Shown: positions 56,249 to 63,260 of the stretch, one piece after another | Numbering within the stretch: position 1 is the first letter of the stretch | Layout of the letters: each line of letters begins with the position of its first letter | DNA from: Alphaproteobacteria bacterium | GTDB taxonomy: Bacteria > Pseudomonadota > Alphaproteobacteria > RF32 > CAG-239 | DNA length: 64,000 bases | Direction: 5' to 3' | Assembly (NCBI GenBank): GCA_045659785.1 | Contig: JAZRCM010000002.1 | Location: forward strand, 68,196-132,195 | Program-made: the position numbers and the translations under genes | Notes under the pieces: generated by a model | What the model saw: the letters and a program-made list of their open reading frames with translations, nothing else | The model's database searches: none | What the model was told of the DNA's origin: nothing

Positions 56249-57187
56249 CTATTCATACAAACGTTTATAATTTCCTGTTTTTAGATAATGTTCAAATGCT
56301 GTTTCTTCATCTTTCCGACGTTGGACGTGTCCTACCATTTTATCTATATCATCAGCTTTATCAGGCCAAAAATCATACAAAGTTTTGCCTCCAATAAAAT
56401 CGGATGCCACTAATGCCGAACTTTCCGCCTCTTCATCATTACGAACAAAGTAATATCTCACCAGTTGGTTTTCTCTTCCCGGATGGGTTCTTAAAAAATC
56501 TAAATCAAGCTGACTTACTTCCGGAATGTCTTTTTGACAGTCACCAATAATATTCCAAAAATATTTTGAAGCACACTCAACCTGTTCACTTTCTCTGTCT
56601 ATTCCTTCATTTTTTAAATTTTCATTTATAAGTATAACCACTTTGCTTTTTCTTTTTAGAGCTTCAACAATTTCTGTTACCGCTACACCTCGTCCACCGG
56701 TACATATAAGTATGTTTGAGGCATTGGCTGTTGCTTCCGCATAGGTTCTTGTATCCGGAAAAACATGAATGGGAACTTGGGAGTATTTTTTCATATTCAA
56801 GTCTTTTCTAAAAGAACTTAAATCTGTATTTTCCCAATATTCTTCCGTTGTGAAAAATGCTACATTTTTAGAGTTTAATCCGCTTACTTGAGTTGTTATA
56901 TCATAAATTGAACCGGTTTGTAATGCAGGAGTAGTAATATATCCGGTTTTACCGGACTTTAACCTCTTGTTCAATGCCGAAAGAAATTTAGCCGTTAAGT
57001 CCTCATAACCTTCTTGCGGAGCCGAATATCCTGCTGTTGCAATTCGATAAGTTTTCTCTCCTATGCTTGACTTAAGAATATCTGTTACATCCGAAGTATC
57101 ATGGTATATTACATTGCAGTCTTCCTTGCCATATTTCTTATGCAACGAATTCCTCATAGTTTTTATTTTTTCCATGATATAGGACAT
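56249..57187 (-). CDS. LOG/SLOG-like Rossmann-fold protein (312 aa from ATG 57187; the ORF extends to 57238)
   Basis: YRIATAGYS ... ILICTGGRGVAVTEIVEALKRKSKVVILINE resembles the PGGxGTxxE nucleotide-binding loop and strand order of the LOG / SLOG / DprA superfamily. A C-terminal ~110 aa has no recognisable domain. Confidence 0.5.
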   Translation of the reverse strand: MSYIMEKIKTMRNSLHKKYGKEDCNVIYHDTSDVTDILKSSIGEKTYRIATAGYSAPQEGYEDLTAKFLSALNKRLKSGKTGYITTPALQTGSIYDITTQVSGLNSKNVAFFTTEEYWENTDLSSFRKDLNMKKYSQVPIHVFPDTRTYAEATANASNILICTGGRGVAVTEIVEALKRKSKVVILINENLKNEGIDRESEQVECASKYFWNIIGDCQKDIPEVSQLDLDFLRTHPGRENQLVRYYFVRNDEEAESSALVASDFIGGKTLYDFWPDKADDIDKMVGHVQRRKDEETAFEHYLKTGNYKRLYE

Positions 57188-57274
57188 GGTACTAATCTCT
57201 ATTGGTTTAAAATTGATACTGCAATTATTAAAATACACTATATTTGCTGTCTTGTAAATATAAATACATATAAA

Positions 57275-57304
57275 ACAAAAACCGTCAAATTGACGGTTTT
57301 TTGT
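57275..57304 (-). terminator. hairpin terminator
   Basis: aaaaccgtcaa-at-ttgacggtttt, 22 nt after the stop of the 57326 gene. Its core is almost identical to the hairpin at 56206. Confidence 0.7.
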
Positions 57305-57325
57305 GTAATCGGTTGCTTAATCAGG

Positions 57326-58099
57326 TTAATCCATCCAAGACTCTTCTATACCCGGTGATAATAATGCATCTTTTCCAAGAACGATTTGACACTGGAATAT
57401 AGGCTTTCCAAGACTTCTGTCTCTGAATTCCGCGTCTTTATAATTATTATACTTTAGGACTTTGTAGGTAAAAGAATACTCTGTTCCCAAATCATCTCTA
57501 TCAAGGTATGAATTTAAGTAAAGAAAACGCCATTCATCTACGATAACCGCAGGATAAACTGCTACGTTGCTGTCGTCTCGTTCATCGATATAATCCCAAA
57601 AAATTTGTCCTATCTCATCCTCATCTTTATAATGTACTTCTCTCATATGGAAACTGGCATTTGTAGATAATATGAAATACAAACCACCATCATCCGGAGA
57701 TAAACCATCACCGTATGGGGCATATTCATATCTTTGCCCATAAAGTAAATACATCCAAGCAGCTTCTATGTGTTTGCCGTGTATAAATTCATTTTCATTG
57801 CAAAGAGCAACGGAGAAAGACATTGGAAGAGCCGGCTCAAAAAGATATTTGGTTAAGTTATGGTCCTTGTATTTTTCATCCAACCAATTTTTTATCATAA
57901 CCATAGCATCTTTCCAGTGGCGAGCTGTTCCGATAGGAGTGAAGAAGTTGATAATAAAACGAGCAATACCGTTTGTGTCAGTTATCAAATCCAAAAAACC
58001 TACGGCTTTTGACACATCTTGCGTAATCATAAGATTTTCATCTACATAGCAGAGATTTTGGAGCAACCTTTTTCTGTCATAATTTTTAATAAGATCCAT
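57326..58099 (-). CDS. hypothetical protein (257 aa from ATG 58099)
   Basis: Long ORF with backbone composition. Acidic and aromatic-rich. No TM helix, signal peptide or motif recognised. No clear SD. Confidence 0.55.
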   Translation of the reverse strand: MDLIKNYDRKRLLQNLCYVDENLMITQDVSKAVGFLDLITDTNGIARFIINFFTPIGTARHWKDAMVMIKNWLDEKYKDHNLTKYLFEPALPMSFSVALCNENEFIHGKHIEAAWMYLLYGQRYEYAPYGDGLSPDDGGLYFILSTNASFHMREVHYKDEDEIGQIFWDYIDERDDSNVAVYPAVIVDEWRFLYLNSYLDRDDLGTEYSFTYKVLKYNNYKDAEFRDRSLGKPIFQCQIVLGKDALLSPGIEESWMD

Positions 58100-58184
58100 A
58101 AGCAATAATATTTTTGTGTTAATAATTTCATTTTGTCCGCATTATATCGTTTTTCGATTGTAAGTCAAATTAAAATTGGTATAG

Positions 58185-58227
58185 AAAAAGCACCTTATCC
58201 GATAACAGACAAGGTGCTTGTTTTTTT
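58185..58227 (-). terminator. hairpin terminator
   Basis: Minus strand aagcacctt-...-aaggtgctt followed by a T-run, 14 nt after the stop at 58241. Confidence 0.7.
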
Positions 58228-58240
58228 AGATTATGAAGTT

Positions 58241-58987
58241 TTATTCATATTCTTTTGATTTTACGCCACCGGAACGTGACATTTTCATTTTTACTGCATT
58301 AGGTGAAATTTCCGGTGTATATGGTTGAACTATCGGAGATTTTTCTTCTCGTCTTCTAAAAGATGCTAATGCTAATTCTTGCGTTTTTGTCGGTCTTCCT
58401 TGAGCTTTCATTTGTTCAATATTGGCTTCTAACTCTTCGGGTGTAATCAAAAATACATGACTATCCCAATATTTCTGACATTTTGCAATAAATTCTGTAT
58501 CATCAGGGCTACGTTTTGCCACACTTTCAGCAAAGGGCATTCCTTCGTCACCGAAAATCATCGTATAAATTCCGGCATTACCAGTCGGACCATAATGACC
58601 CATAATAACCTGAGCAACATTGGTTTTCGGCATATCTTTTTCTGAAATCAATGCAACTCTGATTTTGGCTTCCCCCTCTGTTCCCGGCTCACGAATAGTA
58701 GAGAAAACGGTGCTTTTATCTAAATTTTCAATCGGATATACAGCATTTGTTCCGATAGGTCTATCTGCTTCCATCGCAAACACCATACGTCCCGGTGTAC
58801 CTTTTTCATCAATAGCGGCTTGATAGGCTTTATCTGTTTCCTTAAGCAAATTTAGCATAAACTTGTCTGATACATCCTCGAGTAATTTAGAACCGATAGT
58901 AGTAGAACCCTTACCATGTCTTCCGGCAATATGTTGTTGGTAGTATTGTGAATCCTCGTTGGTAGGCAAAAGGTTTACTTTTTCCAT
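58241..58987 (-). CDS. hypothetical protein (248 aa)
   Basis: Long ORF with a strong GGAGG SD. No TM helix or signal peptide. Basic, disordered-looking C-terminal tail. No motif recognised. Confidence 0.6.
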   Translation of the reverse strand: MEKVNLLPTNEDSQYYQQHIAGRHGKGSTTIGSKLLEDVSDKFMLNLLKETDKAYQAAIDEKGTPGRMVFAMEADRPIGTNAVYPIENLDKSTVFSTIREPGTEGEAKIRVALISEKDMPKTNVAQVIMGHYGPTGNAGIYTMIFGDEGMPFAESVAKRSPDDTEFIAKCQKYWDSHVFLITPEELEANIEQMKAQGRPTKTQELALASFRRREEKSPIVQPYTPEISPNAVKMKMSRSGGVKSKEYE

Positions 58988-59149
58988 AAATTCCTCCTTT
59001 TATTATCTATCTCTACTCCGATTATAATACTGAGATAAATTAAAATCAATATATTTTGTCAATTTTTTCTAAAAAGCATTTTTATCGGTTGATTTTCAAG
59101 ATAAAAAATTATACCATTTTTCAAACAATAAATAATAAAGGAAATTTTG

Positions 59150-59947
59150 ATGATTGAAGATGGTGCTATAATCGCTGAAGATGTAAAAATCGGTCATAAT
59201 ACAATAATAAAACCAGGTGCAAAAATCGGAAAAGGAACGACTATCGGAGATTTTTGTTATATTGATTCAAATGTCACAATCGGCGAAAACAATTTTATCG
59301 GAACTGCCGTTCATATCAAAGGAAATGTATTTATCGGCAACAACAATCATATTTTAGATAATACCATAATCGGTTTATCGGGAAAACATATCGGCTATCA
59401 CTTTTATAAAGGTAAAGTTATTATCGGAAATGATAATTTTATCAGTAACGGATGCAGTATTGATTGCGGCAACAACCATTTATCACTCAAGCACCCTGAA
59501 TTATTACGTTATTCTCTCGTTGATTTAGATAATGATGAAAGCCTCGAAGATGCTACCATTATCGGAAACAGATGTTATATTTTAAACAATGTAACTATTC
59601 ATCATAATTGTCGAGTTGGTTTAGGCGATTTGCCGGATTGTAACGGAGAATATGATACCGTAATTTGCACCGGCTGTTGTCTTAACGGTTTTGTTCAGGT
59701 TAGAAAAGGAGCAGAACTCAGTAGCGGAACTTTTGTGAGAGAATTTGCCTCTTTAGGAGAAGGATGCTTTACGGCAATGTTGCAATATGTCGTAAAAGAT
59801 GTTCCTCCATTTGCATTTATTTTAAAAAACAGAAATGCCAAACGAGCTGAAAGATTAATCGAAAAATTTAATTGTTCCGAAGAAACGATAAAAAATATTA
59901 CCGACATTTTTAAACACAAAAGAAGCGGTCGTTTGAATATGTATTAA
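59150..59947 (+). CDS. left-handed beta-helix acyltransferase, divergent LpxA-like paralogue
   Basis: Hexapeptide repeats throughout. IGNRCYILNNVTIHHNCRVG, VVKDVPPFAFI and the C-terminal helical segment AERLIEKFNCSEETIKNITDIFKHKRSG parallel E. coli LpxA ([56 protein letters not shown]). Confidence 0.6.
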   Translation: MIEDGAIIAEDVKIGHNTIIKPGAKIGKGTTIGDFCYIDSNVTIGENNFIGTAVHIKGNVFIGNNNHILDNTIIGLSGKHIGYHFYKGKVIIGNDNFISNGCSIDCGNNHLSLKHPELLRYSLVDLDNDESLEDATIIGNRCYILNNVTIHHNCRVGLGDLPDCNGEYDTVICTGCCLNGFVQVRKGAELSSGTFVREFASLGEGCFTAMLQYVVKDVPPFAFILKNRNAKRAERLIEKFNCSEETIKNITDIFKHKRSGRLNMY

Positions 59948-61518
59948 ACCAACTCAAATGAATTTATTGATACTACCGGTGATACATTTCTTTTATTCTT
60001 CCTGGCTATAATTTCATTTTCTAAAGTTTTGCTGGCTTCGCTGTTTGGGTTGTCATACCCTCTTTTTTTCTTCCACATCGTATATTTAGGATTTTCTGTT
60101 CTTACTCCATTTTTTCGAGCAGTCAAAAAATAGGTATTGGAATAATTGTTTGCACAATATTCATCAAAAGTTTCACTTGGCTGTCTCCCCGTTTTGATTT
60201 CCATGCCATATTTTTGTTCGTATAATTCTCTATTATATTCTCTTGCCATATAATTTTCTTTTTCAATAGCCAGCATCATTTTAGCATTTCTTACATATTG
60301 CTCAACGGGATTAGGAATAACCGCCAAACTAAATTTATCTGTTCCAAGTTTTCCGCCGTCTTCCCTATATCCGTCAGCACATCCGTTGTACATAAAGTTA
60401 TTTAAACAATCTTTTGTAACTGCGGTAATAACTGCATTTCTGTATATTTCTTGAAACACTTTATTATCAGGATATAGTTTTTGAAACTCAGCAATAAAGC
60501 TATCCATTTTTTCATACTTTTTTGACTGTTTAATTTCTTCAATAGCATCTGCAAATTGCTTTTTAAGTTCAGGATGATTATCATTATCGCAAATCCTATC
60601 TATTTTAGATATAAGTCTAAAATCTGTTAATGCGTATCGTAATCCGGAATGAGCTGTATCACTTTCTCTTTTTACAATCTCATTACTGACTGATTTAAAT
60701 GCAATTACCGACGATTGATTTTCACCGAAATAAAAATCCAGTATTTTTTTACCCGCTAAATATACCTTTTGATATTCCTCCGGAGAAAGATTTTTTGCAG
60801 TAAGGCATTCTTGAAACTTTTCCGTAAAATGTTCATTTATAGAGTGCGTTTCTTTATGAGAATGAGTATCTCCTCCTAAGCTATAAACCAATCTCTCCGG
60901 AGCATATAAGGCATAACCGAAACTTGCCTTACTCAGTTCGCAGAACAGCAAATTACCTGTTTGATAAGGTTGATACATGCCTACACTTCGCAATATTTTA
61001 TATTCTTCTTTAAAAAGTTCTTTGTTTATATCAAAGCCATTGGTTTGTATTTCATTAAGCAAGGCACCATTAAAAGAATGAGTATGAAAACGATTATTTG
61101 CACAATTAAGTTCTATTGATTTTAGTATAACTGCAGTTTGTTCTAAAGTTAGGGGTTCTTTCATACCTTGTTTTTGCATGTGATGTTGCATAATAGCCGG
61201 TAAAACGTGGTCAGCAAAGAACACCTGCATCCCATCTATTTTACTGTTATTTGATGATTGGTATATCTTATCGGAATATTCAGCAAAATCTTTAGCCAAT
61301 TTTTCTACCATTTCTTCAGACATATCCCCGGTTGCTGTGACATATGCCTGTAAAACATTTCCGAAATTTTGAAAATTTGATGTAGCCCTTGATAATGTTG
61401 GAGAATCATTGAGCATATTTTTTACAACCGGATTGTTATATGCCATTTCAAAGTATGAGCTAATATCTTCTTTACTTAATTTCTCAATTTCATATTTATC
61501 CCATTTGATTTTTTGCAT
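59944..61518 (-). CDS. hypothetical protein (524 aa)
   Basis: Long ORF, GAGG SD, backbone composition. No TM helix or signal peptide. No motif recognised. 4-nt convergent overlap with the LpxA-like gene. Confidence 0.6.
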   Translation of the reverse strand: MQKIKWDKYEIEKLSKEDISSYFEMAYNNPVVKNMLNDSPTLSRATSNFQNFGNVLQAYVTATGDMSEEMVEKLAKDFAEYSDKIYQSSNNSKIDGMQVFFADHVLPAIMQHHMQKQGMKEPLTLEQTAVILKSIELNCANNRFHTHSFNGALLNEIQTNGFDINKELFKEEYKILRSVGMYQPYQTGNLLFCELSKASFGYALYAPERLVYSLGGDTHSHKETHSINEHFTEKFQECLTAKNLSPEEYQKVYLAGKKILDFYFGENQSSVIAFKSVSNEIVKRESDTAHSGLRYALTDFRLISKIDRICDNDNHPELKKQFADAIEEIKQSKKYEKMDSFIAEFQKLYPDNKVFQEIYRNAVITAVTKDCLNNFMYNGCADGYREDGGKLGTDKFSLAVIPNPVEQYVRNAKMMLAIEKENYMAREYNRELYEQKYGMEIKTGRQPSETFDEYCANNYSNTYFLTARKNGVRTENPKYTMWKKKRGYDNPNSEASKTLENEIIARKNKRNVSPVVSINSFELV

Positions 61519-61589
61519 ATATCAATCCTCATATCAAATTATTGTACTATGTTTTAACATAAAATTAGATTATATGCAAATTAAAACAA

Positions 61590-61626
61590 AAAAAAAGAGC
61601 CGGATACAAAATCGGCTCTCTTTTTA
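61590..61626 (-). terminator. hairpin terminator
   Basis: Minus strand agagccg-attttgtat-cggctct followed by a T9 run, 15 nt after the stop at 61641. Confidence 0.75.
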
Positions 61627-61640
61627 ATAGGGATAAAAGT

Positions 61641-62129
61641 TTAGCAACTCTCATAGGTCTTGTCTGCTCTCTTGATGGCAACTTTCAAAAAGTTTTCAGA
61701 GAGGGACAAGCTGTCTTCCGGCGTAATCTTGTAGCAACAAACCGACTCATCAAAACCTTCTATTTCGTAGATAACTGCATATTTTTCGCCTTTTTCGGCT
61801 TCAAATACTTCAACAGTTGCTCCAAAACCTCGATCATAGCCAAAAGTAAAGGTCTTAATTTTCATATCACGGCACTTGCACACCGAATGACAATGCTCAA
61901 TGCGACCTTGTTTGATGAGCAACAACTCGGTTTTACCTTCGCGATTCAAACAAGTGGCAACATCAAAATCTTCATGCTGCGAACTTCCCGAATAGCTGAT
62001 AGCCTGATACATAACGCACTCGATGAATTCGATACGTCTAAAGGTGTCCGATACAAAATCGTACTGTCTGATAACAACTCCGTTGTCATACTTAAACACC
62101 TGATTACGAGAAACTTCTTGAGCTTTCAT
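61641..62129 (-). CDS. hypothetical Cys-rich protein (162 aa), GC-enriched, no SD
   Basis: ORF with C/G-ending codons and 10 Cys, including CHSVCKC. Own terminator. Confidence 0.55.
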   Translation of the reverse strand: MKAQEVSRNQVFKYDNGVVIRQYDFVSDTFRRIEFIECVMYQAISYSGSSQHEDFDVATCLNREGKTELLLIKQGRIEHCHSVCKCRDMKIKTFTFGYDRGFGATVEVFEAEKGEKYAVIYEIEGFDESVCCYKITPEDSLSLSENFLKVAIKRADKTYESC

Positions 62130-62262
62130 ACACTAAAGTTTTAAAGGATTAATTATATAATGAAAAATTCTGTCAATACGACAGTTATATCATTCTTTAT
62201 TTAATTTGCAACAAAGAACACCGCCCGAAACGGACGGTGTTTAATAGGCATAACAGAAAAAG

Positions 62263-63075
62263 TTATCTTCTTCTGCTTGTAGAGTTCGATGTCCCCTGAC
62301 GAGAACTACTCTGACTTCCTGAACTTCTTACTGTTGTACTCTGCCCTCTTGATGAAGATGAACCTGTTCTTACAGATTGACCGCTAGGAGGGGTTGGACG
62401 AGAAGAAGAACCGACATTACCATTGTTGTTTCTCGGAGGTCTTTGAGGATTGGGATTTCCGACATTGCCGTGATTATTACCTATAGGCCTTTGAGGATGA
62501 GAATTTCCCACATTTCCGTTGTGATTTCTTGGCGGATTGTGAGGAGGATTCACCCCTGGATTAGGTCTTGAAGGTCGATAATGCTGATACGGCGGATTTG
62601 GATGATGCATATGGCTAGGCTTTGGTTTCCACGCAGGTGGAGTACTTTTGTGCCAGAACCAATTTCGCAAATCCAAGCATCTTAAATTGCTCACTGCGTA
62701 GTGTATGTCCCAGAAAGCCGGACGAGTATAAAGCTCTACCGTAATTCTGCTCGGATAGTAGAACCAATTTTTCCTCTTTCCTACAACATAGTAGCCTAAA
62801 ACGCCCTCATATACATAAGGGCTGTAGCTGATTATCACATCATTGCCGATAGACCAAGGTTTGAGCTCCGGCAGGTTGTGATAAGAATAGCCATAAGGCG
62901 TTACAAGCAGATAGCCTCTGTTAGTTGTTTCAAAAACAGAGTACGAGTTAAAATGCCACTGATTACCAGTTAACACCACTCCGTCCTCTAAGTACACATT
63001 GTCGAGATAACTCTGTGCGCTAACGGTGGTAAGAGATACCATTACGACCGCAAGCATAAGAAAAATCTTTTTCAT
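62263..63075 (-). CDS. secreted repeat protein (270 aa), GC-enriched, no SD
   Basis: Signal peptide MKKIFLMLAVVMVSLTTVSAQ. Tyr/Trp-rich domain, then Pro/Asn/His-rich 16-aa repeats and a Ser/Arg/Gly tail. GC hairpin at 62214-62243 after the stop. Confidence 0.65.
   Translation of the reverse strand: MKKIFLMLAVVMVSLTTVSAQSYLDNVYLEDGVVLTGNQWHFNSYSVFETTNRGYLLVTPYGYSYHNLPELKPWSIGNDVIISYSPYVYEGVLGYYVVGKRKNWFYYPSRITVELYTRPAFWDIHYAVSNLRCLDLRNWFWHKSTPPAWKPKPSHMHHPNPPYQHYRPSRPNPGVNPPHNPPRNHNGNVGNSHPQRPIGNNHGNVGNPNPQRPPRNNNGNVGSSSRPTPPSGQSVRTGSSSSRGQSTTVRSSGSQSSSRQGTSNSTSRRR
62411..62554 (-). repeat. 48-bp coding tandem repeat x3
   Basis: ccgacatt / ccgacatt / cccacatt unit starts at 62411, 62459 and 62507. 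Encodes NGNVG-x4-PQRP-x3 three times. Confidence 0.8.
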
Positions 63076-63260
63076 AGCGCTTAATAATATTAAAGTTTGA
63101 CATAATTCTTATATTTTCCTCTATTTTAGTCTAATTAATTTAAAATTTCAAGCACAAAATCCGCAATATGAAAAATGTAACAAATTTTACATTTTTTATT
63201 TGAATATTCCGAAATTTAAATATATGCTGAATTATCTTTAAACTATAGGGAGTTTTTCTT

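Noticed and set aside
63168-63203. 11-codon mini-ORF (MKNVTNFTFFI) overlapping a hairpin aaaatgtaa-caaatt-ttacatttt plus T-run, upstream of the Pmp-repeat gene. Considered as a possible leader-peptide attenuator.
   Set aside because: No SD, the stem is almost entirely A-U (one G-C pair), and there is no alternative antiterminator pairing I could find. Too weak to call.
56249-63260. Calling the tRNA-Pro-adjacent stretch a mobile element (integrative element or prophage).
   Set aside because: No integrase, recombinase, transposase, phage or conjugation gene, and no direct repeat of the tRNA 3' end, could be found by eye. It is reported only as a hypothesis in the findings.
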